Positions 18,388 through 34,770 of a stretch of DNA of 64,000 nucleotides are shown in pieces; within the stretch, counting starts at the first letter, position 1, and each line of letters begins with the position of its first letter. The notes beneath the pieces were generated by a model. That model was not told where the DNA came from. It searched no databases and worked only from the letters and a program-made list of their open reading frames with translations. Source of the stretch: the human T2T-CHM13v2.0 reference genome, Homo sapiens; assembly GCF_009914755.1 (NCBI RefSeq), contig NC_060941.1; one strand, written 5' to 3'. A program made the position numbers and the translations under genes.

Positions 18388-18870
18388 GTATGAGCTTCCT
18401 ACGGCTGCTGTGACAAATGACACAAACTTACCAGCTACAACACAAATGCATAACCTTACAGTCCTGGAGGTCTGAAATCTGGAATGGGTCTCACAGGGCT
18501 AAAACCAGGTATCAGCAGGGCTGGTTCCTCCTGGAGGCTCTAAGGGAGAGTCTGTTTTCTTGCTTTTTCCAGCTTCTAGAGGTCACCCACACTCCTTGCT
18601 CTCGACCCCTTCCTGCATCTTCAAGGCCAGCAGTGGCCGATCGAGTCCTTCTCATACCTCATCTCTCTGACCCTGACTCTCCTGCCTGATCCTGCGATTG
18701 CATCAGGCCCACTCATATAACCCAGGATCATCCCCCATTTCAAGGTCAGCTGCTGAGCAACCTTAATTCCATCCCCAACTTGAATCCGTGGCCACGTAAC
18801 ATACCATATTTACAAATTCCCTGGATTAGGACATGGGCATCTTTGGGGGCCATTCTTCTGCCAACCACAC
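18388..18870 (-). mobile_element. MLT1-family solo LTR
   Basis: GGCTGCTGTGACAAATGACACAAACTT...TTACAGTCCTGGAGGTCTGAAATC...GGGGGCCATTCTTCTGCCAACCACA. Confidence 0.7.
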
Positions 18871-21800
18871 CAAACCGAGGACACTGTAAGGAGCTGATTT
18901 CCAACTCGCAGGGCGGCCTCTGACCTGCTCACCCACTGACGGTGAACCCCCCACGCAGAGTGACTACTCTTTTAGCAGTAGGATGAGGACCGAGGCCTAG
19001 AACCCAGGAGAGGAGCACGCCTGGGCCCCGACGTCCCTGTGAGGGCAGCGAGAATGGACACAGGTGGGCTACAGGTTCATGACCAGGACCTGCCCGTGGA
19101 GGCTGCCTCCACCTAAGGTCTTAGTTTCCTGTCCTGGCCTAAAGGGCTCCATCAGTTCCCAAACAGGAAAACAAAAAGAACAGAGGTGCAAAAGTCTCTT
19201 CCAGAACCCTCCTGGAGGTAGCCTGGAGCCACTAGGAGAGAGGTATCACCCCAGCCTCTTCTCTTGCTCACTCTGTGCCGTGCACCGGCCTCAGGGCCAC
19301 CTTGGGTTAGGGGCCAGGATGCAGCAGTCAGCAGGACAGACCTGGTCCTGGAAACCCATGGAGCTGGCAGTTCCCACTCACCAGAGGGACGCAGCCCATG
19401 CCCACTAGTGACAGGCAGGGGCAGAGGCAGAGGCAGGCAGGGTGTGGGGGCCACGGGACGCAGCCCACCACCGATTATTCCCATGGCCATGTCACTGCCA
19501 GACTGCTCAGGAGCAACACGCACTGAGCCCGGTCACCTGGCACATGGCCGGCAGAAACTGGTTCATCTGCTTTGCCCTCAAAGCCCAAGCAACAAAGAAC
19601 AGGGAAACAGCGACACCTTATTAAACACGAGCCAGACACACGCAAACAAGGATCGCGTTGCCCCCGCTGCAGAACGTCTGCTGCTGGCATGCCTTGGATG
19701 AGGCCCCAGCTTCCTCCACCTGCCCAGAGCCAGGCAGGGGCCCTACCCATCTTCCTGGGAACCCCTGGCTTTGCGGGTCAAAGGGCGATATGGAATCCTG
19801 TAGGCAGCCAGGATCAGGACCCAGTCCCCGGGCAGCAGGCTTGGGGAAGGTAGCTCCTTCAGTCTCATCAGGAGGATAATCCCCTGCGGGGCCGCCGTGA
19901 TTTCTCCTCGCAGCTGCGCTGAACTTCAAGTTACAGGATGAATTGAGAAAATAAAGATACTGGCTGCACACAGAAGCCACATTCAGGATACACCCGGAAA
20001 GCCTGGGGCCCAAAGATGAGCCTCTATGCAGAAGCGAGAACGGGACATCAAGTTGTATTTAAAATGAAGAAACTAGGGCTTAGGGCATTCACTGCAGTGC
20101 TGGGATCTTGGACCATAGGGAAAGAGGACCCCTGAGAGGCTATAACGGGGCAGGACCATCACCAAAACGGTGGTGAGGGAAAACCTGGTGGCCTGTGTGG
20201 CTGTGACTCTCCTTTTGCAACTGTCCAGCGGTCACCCTGATTAGCACCCACTCCCTGGAAAACCCCAAAGCCTCTGCCTCCAAGGAGAGACCATCTGCCA
20301 TTTGTGCACCCTTGATAGTAGATTGTAAAATCCCATTTCCCCCGCAAAGAGCCAAGGAGGTCAGGCCTGGGAGAAGAAACTCAACTCAGAGGTGAGCCTG
20401 GATCTGGGACTAAGGAAAGACTAAACACAAAGGGTAAGGGAAGATGCAGACCCAGCCAGGAAATCAAAAACTGCCCTGAGTCTGGCTCAGGTACCTCCTA
20501 CTTCTATGCTGTGCCTGTAAACATGGAGGCCTAAAGCTTCTCAGCATCTGTCAGTGAAGGAGCAGTGAATGCACCGCAAAACAAAACTGAAACTGGGGGG
20601 ACATATTAACAACACCCAAAAGCAACACAACTGATCTTGCTTTGGAAAGCATTTTAGTTACAGAAAAGGCAAAAGGCTGTCAAATGACATCTGTAAAGTT
20701 CACCCTTTCCCCCACTTCCAGAAGGCTAGAGTAATGATGAACTATATTGGAGCATTGAATTCAGGCTCACTCAACATGCAAAAAGCAGTACACGACTGAA
20801 GTGTGCAAGCCAGCATGGATGCGGGCTTGGCACCCGCAGTACGTTGGCTTCATAGTGACCAATCCAGAAAGACCACGGAGAAAATACTGCCACATCTCAG
20901 CGTCTGCAGCCCATACAGGCAAGCAGACACATGTATCACCTTCCAACGCCTGCACAGACTCACCGCCCAAGGCTCAGCAACAGAAGGGCAGGCCATTCCG
21001 ACTGGACAGTGGATTTGGATTATTTCTCTTTTCTTTCTGTTATTCATGTGTCAGAAGCCACCACGGGCAGAAATCGAACTTAGTCTTACAGTGGCCCGAT
21101 TTCTCTCATCCTTTGAGGATGGTTATGTAAGTTCCGAAGACAGAGTAAAGAACGTATTTCAAATCAGATGCCACCAGACAGCTCATAAAAGCAGATTTAT
21201 TAGAGATGCAACATCAGGTGCTCAAAGGACAGATAGGATAAAAACACCAACAAAGCCAACAGGATAAAAAACACTGCCGCTGAGGTGAACGGAAAAAGGC
21301 CTCCAACATCATTGCCCCATATTTTTGGGAAGGGTGCAAATGTGTGCTCTCTCCTGTGCACTGGCCTCATTAACAGCAATATAATGCAAACGCAATACAA
21401 ATGGTGTACAATTCGATCATAAAATCATCCTCTGCGCTGTCACCTTCACATCCCAGAGCCACCCGCCCCCGGTGCTTAATGCTGGATGAAACAAAGTAGC
21501 TAATCTTACAAGAGAATTTAGGCCTGTGACAAAAATCAGGGTCCCTCAGCCAGGGAAGAAGGGGAGCTAAAATTTTCACAGGAGGTGGTGTTGCCAGGCA
21601 ACCTGATCAGCTCTGCTCCCCATAGCATCCTGCAGGGACCCAGCCCCCGGTCAAGTTGTAAAGATAAGGGTACACATACGCACAAATAGTAAATCCTACA
21701 TCTGCCTGGAATCACTTTCCACCTCATGGACCACACAAAGGGGAGTGAGGAGTCAAAGCACAAAAACAAAATGTTTTGTGTCAATCTAGTTAAATGTGGA

Positions 21801-24450
21801 AAATCCAAATAACGGTCATTAATAACAGTGTTAAAATGTTACCATTTGACATTACTTACCACATCCTAAATGGTAACTCAGGATGTGTCAGGAATTCAAT
21901 GCTTTTCATAATCCTTGCACAAAGTCTCTGAAGTAGGTAGTATAGATGGGGAAATTAAGGCACTGGAGAATTAACTAAGTGCCAGAGGAGTTGGGGTTTT
22001 TGTTGTTGTTTTGTTGTTGTTGTTGTTTGGGTTTTTTAGGTTTTTTTTTTAAGCAGAGTCTCACTCTGTCACCCAGGCTAGAATGCAGAGGCTGGTCATG
22101 GCTCACTGCAGCCCTGACCTCCCGGGCTCAAGCTATCCTCCCACCTCAGCCACCCAAATAGCTGGGACCATAGGTGCCCACCAGCATGTCCAGCTAATTT
22201 GTTCATTTTTTGTAGCGATAGGGTCTCTCTAGGTTGCCTAAGGTGGTCTTGAACTTCTGGGCTCAAGTGATTCTCCCAAAATACAGGATTATAGGTGTGA
22301 GCTACTATGCCCAGTCCAGGATTTGTATTTGAAGCCAGCAGTCCATCTTTCTACGCCATGTTCTTAACCACTGCACCTTATTACCCAAAACTGTGGACAG
22401 AGACCAGTGCAATTGTAGGTAGGTTCTGCAAACTCAATGGCTTTATCCTGAAGCCTGGGGGATGCTTTCCATACTGAAGTGAACTGAGATTAGCAGCTAG
22501 TGGTGACATGGGATTAGTCCCACCTCCTTGCACTGTTATGAACCACTTGGAAGAATGTTTGTATATGAATGGTGGGCACCCTCTGTAAGACAGAGGGCAA
22601 AGTTGTACAACGGTTTTCTGGAGCTGGGACGTCCTGGGCCTAAGGCCTAATTCTGTCACTCCTAACTGCATGAGCTTGGGAAGTTACTTCTCTAAGCGTC
22701 AGTGTTCCCATCTGTAAATGGGCATAACTGCAGTCCTGACTTCATGAGCTTGTTTTGTGGGTTAAGTGAATTCATGCATGATAATTAGGAACTACTAACG
22801 CAATCACCAAAATTGCTAGAGGATTAAATAATTCCACAGATAAAAACTTTTTTTTTCCTTTTTTTTTTTTTTTTTGAGACGTAGTGTTGCTCTATCACCC
22901 GGGCTGGGGTGCAGTTGCACATCTTGGCTCACTGCAACCTTCGCCTCCCGAGCTCAAGCGATTCCCCTGTCTCAGCCTCCTGAGTACTGGGATTACAGGC
23001 TCACGCCACCACACCGGGCTAATTTTTGTATTTTTAGTAGATATGGGGGGGTTTCACCATATTGGCCAGGCTGGTCTCGAACTCCTGACCTCAGGTGATC
23101 CGCTCGCCTCGTCCTCCCAAAGTGCTGGGATTACAGCCGTGAGCCACGGCGCCCAGCCATAAAAACTTTCGCCATAAAAACTTTCGTTAGCCATAGTCTC
23201 ACCATAAACATGCCACTTACAAAAAAATATGCGCACAATAACCACGCTCAGGATGCAAACAACATCCATTAATGAACTTTGTAGTTAATACCAAAAGTTA
23301 CTCCTCACTTTATTCTTTATTTACAAAAGCTTTCATGGTTCTTAAAAGTGTTTAGTATTCACCAGTTTTACTGTTAGCGTTTCTAATGAGGATTTTCTAA
23401 AACTGAGGCATGGATTTGAAAAAGTGTTCTGATCAATCAGTAACAGATTTGGAATGGAATCTCCAGCCCCCAGTCTTTGCGCCCACCCTCTGGCAATATG
23501 CCGCCTCACGTGAGCATCTTTAAGACGGAGTTCCCTTTTTATTCCAGATAAAAGAATTAGGAGCCTTCTGGTAGAAAAGAAAGCAGATCTTCAGGATCAA
23601 GTCGCAGAGGCTGGCCAATCAGCCCAGCTTCTCATTTGAACTTGACCCAGACAGTAAAACAAACTTTACCATAAGGCGAGACTAACTTTTGTTATGTCTT
23701 TTCTATTCATTTCCTATTTCTGAATCAAATCTGAACTACTTTGTGGCCAATATACGACACCAGCTTCCGAGTGTGGGAATCACAGGATTTCAGGATTCAG
23801 CGGCTTCCGGCAGGATCCCCTAGGTTATGTTTAGCAATCTTCAGTTGCCTTTCCTTTTTTTCTTTCCTTCCTTTCGTTCTTTCTTTCTTTTTCTTTTTTT
23901 TTTTTCCCAAAGGAAAGAACAAGGGAGCCCAGGCGGAACGGAAGTGAGTATCCCGACACGCGGATCTTAAACAGCCCAGACCACCAAGCCCGACAGGCCG
24001 GGAAAGCTGAGCGCGCGCTGCTGGGGGGACGCACACTTTGGAGGCTGTGTGGGCGCGCGCCGGCACCCCACAAGTTCTCATCCGTCTGCTCCGCCGATTC
24101 AGCCAGACAAAGACCGCAAGTTCCCCGGTCCACCGCTCCAGACAGGCGGGGACCAGTCTCCCCGAATTAGGCCCATTCCGGGCCCGGGCGCCCTCACTCG
24201 CCGCGGGGAAAAGTCCCCAGGTGCCCCTCCGTGATCCAGGTCCTCCCACAACGCTCCCGCTCCTGCTGGCGCCCCGCACCCCGAGGACGGCGGCCGGACC
24301 CCGGCCCCTCCCCGGTCCCGCGGCTGCAGGCCCACGCGCCCCACGCGCCCCGCGCGCCCCCGCCCCAGCTCCGCCGAGGGGGCGCTGCTCGCTGCGCGGT
24401 GGACCCCTCGGACCCCGCCCCCGCGGCCCCGTCCGGGCCCCGATACCCAC

Positions 24451-24528
24451 CCGGGTCCCGCTGCGGGGGCCGGATTCGCGCCGGCTCCGAGAGCCGCCAC
24501 CGTCGCCTCCGCCGCTGCCGCCGCCAGT
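24451..24528 (-). other. TBC1D16: TBC1D16 non-coding exon 1 (5'UTR)
   Basis: In CpG island; minus-strand Inr-like TCACT at 24530-24526, GGC-repeat leader, donor CGG|GTGGGT at 24451/24450; GC boxes upstream (~24540-24630). TSS approximate. Confidence 0.75.
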
Positions 24529-25290
24529 GAGGCGCGGCGGGGCGGGGACGCGCGGGGAGGCCCGGCCCCCGGCCCGCCCCCGGGCCCGCCCCCGGCCCGG
24601 CCCCTGCCTGCCCCCGCCGGTCTCCCCGCCCACCTTCTGGCCCAGCCCTGGGCCCAAGCCTCTAGTTCCCTGCTGGCCCTCCCTCAGGCCTCGCCGCGTC
24701 CCGGCCTCGGGGACTGTGCCCCGTCCCGAGCCTGGCGTCCCCAAAGGAAAGGCAGGGCTCCTCGGACGCTCCGCGTGCGCGCTGGCCCTCCGCTGCCGCC
24801 CTCTGCAGGGAGATTTCTCCTATTTCGGACTAGGAAGGGAAGATACGCTCCGGAAGACCCCCCGGGCGTCCATGCAAGGAGTCTCCGTAGGACCCCTGGA
24901 GAAGGGCACCGGAGCCCCCTAGGGCAGGAGATGGAAAAGCGCTCGCCATGCGCGGGGTCCCCGGCCCCCGGTGCCCCCAGCCCGCCTGCCATTCCCGGGC
25001 GCTTAGCAGTCCGGGGTCCCCAGGTGCCCGGCAGGTCCCTTCGGGACCTCGAGCCGCCCGCTGGGCACACGCTGACGCCGCTGTCGCTTTACAGAAATTG
25101 AGCGCAGCCGAGGCGGGACCCGGGCGCAGAGAGCGATAAAGGAAAAGCATGGTCGTGCTCTAATCATTACAGTCTAAGGGACGACACGTCGAGACGGCGC
25201 GCGCCTCTGCGTGCGTGGAGATGGCACAAAGGCCGCGCCGCCCCCGGCGGCCCCCGCCCTCGCAGCGCGCGTGGTCCCGGCCCGGCCGGA

Positions 25291-25313
25291 TGTTGACAGC
25301 GTCGCCTAGCAAC
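25291..25313 (+). promoter_or_regulatory. Forkhead site (TGTTGAC) next to an RFX X-box (GTCGCCTAGCAAC) at the CCDC40 start
   Basis: GTCGCCTAGCAAC at 25301-25313 fits GTNRCC(N0-3)RGYAAC; TGTTGAC at 25291-25297 is the reverse complement of GTCAACA (RYMAAYA). Confidence 0.75.
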
Positions 25314-25318
25314 GGGAA

Positions 25319-25347
25319 ATGGCGGAACCGGGCGGCGCGGCGGGCCG
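25319..25347 (+). CDS. CCDC40: CCDC40 exon 1 coding part (MAEPGGAAG-R), 29 nt
   Basis: GAAATGG Kozak context; donor CG|GTAAGC. Confidence 0.92.
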
Positions 25348-25648
25348 GTAAGCCGGGCCGAGGGGCAGCGGGTCTTGGAGTCGCCAGGCCGCGCTCTCCG
25401 TTCACCGCTCCAGGTGGCCCCCGCGTCGGCTCCTGCCTCGCCCCTTCGCCTCCACTCCCCCTTCCTCTCGCCTGTGTCCCTTCTCTCGCCATTTTGCTGG
25501 CCTTTCCCGTCCACTGCGTTCAGCCCCTCACCCCCCCGCCAACCCTTCTCACTTCTCCCCTCCTGTCCCTTTGTCCTCTCTCGGCCTCCCTCTTTCCCCT
25601 ACTCCAAGCGCGCGACTCCCTCTAAAACCCGGGACCGCTCACTCTGCA

Positions 25649-25662
25649 GTCACCATGGCAAC
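25649..25662 (+). promoter_or_regulatory. Second RFX X-box in CCDC40 intron 1
   Basis: GTCACCATGGCAAC, near-canonical to GTTGCCATGGCAAC. Confidence 0.75.
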
Positions 25663-26684
25663 CACTCTGCGTGGCGGTCCCTGCGCGCAGTCCTCCTAAG
25701 AGTAGAGGGCTCTGCAGGGCGCGGGGCTGTTGGATACCGCCCCTGACCTTGCTCCGGGGCCACTCGCTGTGGCCGGAGACCAGCCCGGCCCCGCGCCTCC
25801 CTCCTGCAAGGACAGATCCCCTCTCGCAGGCTTGGGGGTGACCCGCGATGGGAGGGGTCCCTGCGGTTAGGCGGCCCGCGATAGTCCGCGGTCACCGTCC
25901 TGGGGCCTGGGTGGAAGCACTGAGCGCGCACAGGGAGGGCGGCTGAGTGAAGATCCCTGCCACCGGGCCTCTGCTCGCTTAGGCTCTGTTTAAAAGGATA
26001 GAAACGATTGGAAAGAGTTTGGCCTTTTTACCTTAGACACATCGGTATTGTTTCATTTTTTTTAAGGTGGGTCTGTATGTATTGACATGGAAAGACTAAA
26101 GGTATTATTAATAAAACGATAGGCATAAATGTAAAAGGGTAGGTATACTATGATCTCTAATTCAGGGTGTGTGTGTGTGTTTAAAACATAGAAAAATGTT
26201 GAAAGAATGTGGTCCTAAATGTTATCAATGATTATCTTGGGAAGGAAAGGGAAGATCACAGGGAACTGTCACTGTCTGTCTCTTTGAACATATCTATATT
26301 CCTTTGACAGATAAAAATAGCTTGAATCTTTAATTTTTTAAAAAAAAAATATATATATATATATATATTCCTGTGCTACGTAAATCGTGGAGAAACTCAG
26401 AGTCCCCAGAACACTTACTCTGATCGCGCTACTTTCTCTACGTTGTATTTCTTTTCCCCAGTTTTGTCCCAGACACAAGTTATATTTGAGGTGACTTTTC
26501 TGGGGTGATCTAATCCTGCTGTTCCTTCGATGTTTTAATAATTATATTTTTCATTCATTCATGGAGCTTTGCTTTTGTGGCATCTCCGCCACCTGACAGG
26601 CATGATATAGTGCTATGGTTCCTGACAAACAGGACAAAGACGTGACAACAGCCTGGGGGTGGCAGAGAAGTAACAAGTAAATAA

Positions 26685-27252
<568 letters not shown>

Positions 27253-27255
27253 TCA

Positions 27256-27468
<213 letters not shown>

Positions 27469-27632
27469 TCAAAAAATAGATAAATAAAATTAAATTAAAA
27501 ATAAATAAATAAAGAGAATTAGGACTTGGTCAAGTATATTGTATGATGACATTATCTTGCACCAGAACAAACTCAATTCAGTTGAAGAGAGACTCATTTT
27601 CTTCCTACCCCATTCTACAGTGTCAGTGATTA

Positions 27633-28010
<378 letters not shown>

Positions 28011-28080
28011 TCACAAAAAAAAATAAAAAAAGAAAGAACAGATAAACTGAAGCATGAAACATGATTTTTTTTTTTTTTGA

Positions 28081-28356
<276 letters not shown>

Positions 28357-28459
28357 TAAATGCAGTTTTCCCATTGATATAATTACACTATAAAGAATAA
28401 AACCTCACAAGGTCCTTTATACTTTGTTTCCTGATTTTTTTCCTGCCACACCTTTACAG

Positions 28460-28918
28460 GTGTCACCACCAGAGAAGGATGATGGCCAGAAAGGTGAAGA
28501 AGCTGTCGGTAGCACAGAGCATCCTGAGGAAGTCACAACCCAAGCGGAAGCTGCAATTGAAGAGGGGGAGGTCGAGACAGAAGGGGAAGCAGCAGTGGAA
28601 GGGGAAGAGGAGGCTGTGTCCTATGGAGATGCTGAAAGCGAAGAGGAATATTACTATACAGAAACTTCATCCCCGGAAGGGCAAATCAGTGCTGCAGATA
28701 CGACTTACCCGTATTTCAGTCCTCCTCAGGAACTGCCTGGAGAGGAGGCATACGATAGTGTTAGCGGGGAGGCTGGTCTCCAAGGCTTCCAGCAAGAGGC
28801 CACCGGTCCACCAGAATCCAGAGAAAGGAGGGTCACCTCCCCAGAGCCATCCCACGGAGTCTTAGGCCCGTCGGAGCAAATGGGCCAGGTCACCTCTGGG
28901 CCAGCAGTGGGCAGATTG
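28460..28918 (+). CDS. CCDC40: CCDC40 exon 3, acidic low-complexity region (VSPPEKDDG...PAVGRL), 459 nt
   Basis: TTTACAG|G acceptor, TTG|GTGAGT donor; within ORF 28424-29041. Confidence 0.95.
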
Positions 28919-29107
28919 GTGAGTAGCCCTGACTTCTGTTTTGTGCCAGTGTCGCACGGCCCACGGGGTTTGTCACCCTATGTGAGGAACTTGGGAATAC
29001 ATTATAAATACAAATTGCAATCCCTGTTAGAAATGTCTTAGCAAGGCTGGGTGCGGTGGCTCACGCCTGTAATCCCAGCACTTTGGGAGGCGAAGGTGGG
29101 TGGGTCA

Positions 29108-29380
<273 letters not shown>

Positions 29381-29867
29381 TCACGGTCAAATGCTGAGAG
29401 ATCCTGGACTCTGCTTCAGTCTGCCCAAGCCCAAGGCTGGGGGCCTCCATAGCCGCCATCCACGTAAGGGCATCCAAGTTCCCAGGCTTCCAGAGCAGCA
29501 TTGTCCAATACGGTCCATCAGTCACATGTGGCTACAGAGAGCTCTCCAAATGTGACTAGCGAGCTGGAGGAATGGAGCTTTTAACTGTTTAAGATTCTAA
29601 TTTCCATTTAAATAGCCACCTGTTGCCAGTGGCTGCCATAATGAATAGTGCAGTTCTAGATAAAAACAATGACAATAGCTGCGTTCTTATATTTTTTCAT
29701 CAATTTTCTTTAAACAATCACAAAGTTACAGAAAAAAATGGAGTACAATAAAAAGGATCTTTTATTTTCTTAAACACTGGAGAGTGGGTTGCGGATCTGG
29801 TCACCAAAGCCTTCGAACGCTTCTGTATGTTTCCCACAAACAGCTGGGACACAACCATCAAAATCTA

Positions 29868-30218
<351 letters not shown>

Positions 30219-30689
30219 TCAGGGTTCACCAAATGTCCCAATGATGTCTTTTGTAGCAAAGAGATTCAGTTCAGAATCAAATGTTGCCTTGAGTGCTCAT
30301 ATTTCTGTAGTCTCCTCAGTCTTTCCTTGACAACCTTGACCCTTGTGAAGGTCATAGGCCAGCTGTCTTGTAGAGCGCCCCTCAGCCTGGATTTGCCCCG
30401 TGTTTCCTCATGATGGGGTTAGGGTCATGAGGCTTTAGTGGGACTATCACGGAAGCGACGTGGGGCTCTCAGTGCGTCCCACCAGGGATGCAGGATTCCA
30501 GCTTCCACCATTCCTGATGATGTTCACTTCAGTCACCAAATTTAAAAGCACCAAGATTCTTCATTGTGAAGCGACCTTTTACTCCTTTATACTTAATGAA
30601 GATTTTGTGGGAAGGTGCTTTTTTCTTTTTTGGTTTAAGATAGGAAGGCGAATACTATTTAGAATGGGAAAAAAATTGCAACAGATTCC

Positions 30690-31660
<971 letters not shown>

Positions 31661-34029
31661 TAAACACAGGGAGCCACTTTGGAGTGATGTGAATGTCGGT
31701 TCCTCTTTAAACTCTTGGTTTATTTATATTCTTACATCTGCATAGACTCAGGGCTCTCCATGTGATTCACTGGGTTATAACCCATTACTGTCATTATGTA
31801 TTTTGATGCTCAATTTGGCCAGTGAGGGCCCATTTAAACCAGCCTTTGTGTGATCGGACGCACCTCCATCCTTCTTTGAGGGCTTTCTTGCTTTCTGCCA
31901 TAGACTGCCCAGCCTTAGAATCAGACATTTCTCCAGGAGCCCTGTTTCTGTTAGTGGAAAATAGAATTTAGAAGTTATCACTTGGGTGCTGGGGTCCTCA
32001 TTGATGCTGGGGTGTCACTGTCCCCAGGACCTCTCAGCGGCAGGAGATAGGGCCTGTGTGCGTGTACTGTACGTACTTCCCCCACATTTATACATACACC
32101 ATGTACACAGACATTCGCTCACATCTATATTTATTGGAACACACCCCTGCGGCCGGCCTTGGCTCACACCCCTGCGGCCGGCCTTGGCTCACAACAGAAC
32201 CTCTAATTCCATCTCACCTCCATAAGGAGTCCCTCCTGGTTTTCTCCTCTTCCTTTTTTTTTTTTTTTTTTTTGAAACAGAGTCTTGCCCAGGTAGCTGG
32301 GACTGCAAGCACTCACCATCACGCCCGGCTAATTTTTGTATTTTTTGTACAAGGGGGCGTCTTACCATGATACCCAGGCTGGTCTCGAACTCCTGGGCTC
32401 AGTCAATCCTCCCTCCTCAACCTCCCAAAGTGCTGGGATTACAGGCATGAGCCACCACGCCCGGCCTCCTCTTCCATATTTGTAGCTCCTTTCTCCAACA
32501 GGGAGAAGCCTGGCCCCATGATCCTTACTGTATTCACTGATGTGGTCAATCCTCCTGGATGTAACCTGTCTCCCACTTTTACTGCCTTGGCTGCCCCCTA
32601 CTCCCAGCATACCTTAGGTTTCAATTGTTCTGCGAGGGGAGATGGGAGTGTGGAAGGGAGGCAGGGAAAGAGGATGCTTTATACTTCTTAGCACTGACTA
32701 TGGGATAGACACTGTTCTGTGTTGTCTTAGAATCCTGACAACCCTACGAGGTAGGAACTATGATTGTGCCCATTGTACAGATGAGGAAACTGAGAGGTGC
32801 AAGGTCATTGCATAGTCACCCAGCTGTTGCGGCAAACGGTAGCTCTTGCTTCAAAGCCACCGTTCTGAACCACAAGGCACCCATCCCTCCTACTCCCCTA
32901 CCCTGGGAAACCCGAAAGAGTTTCTAAAAGTCACTTTGGAGAACAGCATGATTCAGTATTTGGTGAGCCCTAATTAAGTTTTATGATCACAAGTGACAAA
33001 TATAAAACCAAAACCAAAATCTTATTTTAAGAATTTATCAACAACAACAGGCCAGGCCTAGTGGCTCATGGCTGTGATCCCAGCACTTTGGGAGGCCGAT
33101 GCAGGCGGATCACTTGAGGCCAGGAGTTCGAGACCAGCTTAACCAACATGGCGAGACCCCATCTCTACTAAAAATACAAAAATTAGCCGGGTGTGTTGGT
33201 GCACACCTGTAGTCCCAGCTACTTAGGAGGCTGAGGCACAAGAATCGCTTGAGCTTGGGAGTCAGAGATTGCATGAGCCAAGATCATGCCACTGCACTCC
33301 AGCCTGGGAGACAGAGCGAGACCCCATCTCAAAAACAAAACAAAACAAACAAACAAACAAAAAAAAATATATATATATATATCTCAACAACAGCAAAACC
33401 AGTGTCTTCACCTTTGTTTAAGTGAAGTCTAGGTCACTTGTTGCTCTGTAAACCCGATTTTCATCCTTGGGCCTAGTTTCTAGAAAATACACTGGGAAGT
33501 AGTTTTCAAATATGATTGAAGAAAGGGCAGGGACAGCCCCTGAGCGAGCCTTGCTTCCCACCTCCCACTGGCTCTCAGTCTTTGGGACAGTGTGAGTGGA
33601 GCTTGTGTCCAGTTGTGCACACGGACACCCGGAAACCTCTCATTAGGAGAAGCCACTGCTGCGCACCCTGGAGATGGGTTTTGACCCTGGGCTCCCGTTA
33701 ATGTTGTTGTGGCTCCAGATGCCTCAGAAATAACTTCCAGAGTCAACACCATCTGCGGAAGTGCCGTGAGACGGTGCATGGGCTGGAGACAGAGACAGCC
33801 GGCGCCGAACATACCTGGGGCTGCCCGTGCAAACTGGGGCAAGCCCTTCAGCCTCCATGTGGCTGCTTTACTATGGAGAACAGAAATGACTAGAACCTGA
33901 CTTGTGGGGTTATGGCGAGGGTGGCATGAGATGAGCTTTGTAACAATGTGTTGTTTATGGGCAGCAAAACCCTGACTCATTGTCTGGGTTACTAATATCC
34001 AAGAGTTCATCATCAGCGATAATTATTGT

Positions 34030-34770
34030 CAATAGTCGTAACTGCAAAAGTCTCTTTTAAAGCTAAAATGGATGCCGGGCACAGTGGCTGTAATCCCAAC
34101 ACTTTGCGAGGCCGAGGCGGGTGGATCACTTGAGGTCAGGAGTTCGAGACCGGCCTGGGTAACATGGCAAAACCCCGTCTCTACTAAAAGTGCAAAAATT
34201 AGCCAGGTGTGGTGGCAGGTGCCTGTAATCCCAGCTACTCAGGAGGCTGAGGCAAGAGAATCACTTGAACCCAGGAGGCGGAGTTTGCAGTGAGCCGAGA
34301 TGGTGCCACTGCACTCCAGCCTGGGCGACAGAGCGAGAGTCCATCTCAAAAACAACAACAACTACAAAAAACGCTGAAAAACAGAGCTGGGGAAAGGCAT
34401 TAAGGGGAGGGCTTCTCATAACAAAAACTATCACAAAAGACTCTGCAAACCCCACAATGTTGCACAAAGATCATCATAACCTTTCAAAAAAAAAAAAAAC
34501 ACTTCTGCTAGGACAGCTGCCAGCAACTGCCTGTTGAAACTTGGACTGATGCCACCCTGTTATTGATCCTTACAGCCAAGGAGAATTATCGCAAAACAAT
34601 TATGTAATCCTCCTCATTTTTCCTGTGTCAACTTTCATCTTCCTTTACCTCCCCAAATACAAACATAATTTACTATGACACCCGTATTCCCATTGCAATG
34701 CCCTATCCCCAAATAAATGTCATTTTCCTTTACAGAACCTCTCTCTGTTTGTTATTTAGGATGATACATT
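34030..34770 (+). mobile_element. MER34-like ERV1 LTR interrupted by an Alu
   Basis: GCAACTGCCTG...AAAACAATTATGTAATCCTCCTCATTTTTCC...CCCATTGCAATGCCC...AATAAA. Confidence 0.6.

Larger units (their letters stand above)
23930..25950. promoter_or_regulatory. CpG island / bidirectional promoter of TBC1D16 (-) and CCDC40 (+)
   Basis: Very high GC and CpG density, multiple GGGGCGGGG/CCCGCCCC Sp1 boxes, ETS-type CGGAAGTG at ~23939; divergent starts about 0.8 kb apart. Confidence 0.9.

Noticed and set aside
20400-21800. Repeat-poor unique stretch with 109-154 aa ORFs
   Set aside because: No recognisable protein or supported exon structure; may be regulatory but cannot be supported from sequence alone
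23797-24922. 315-aa and 294-aa ORFs
   Set aside because: Stop-codon scarcity in the CpG island
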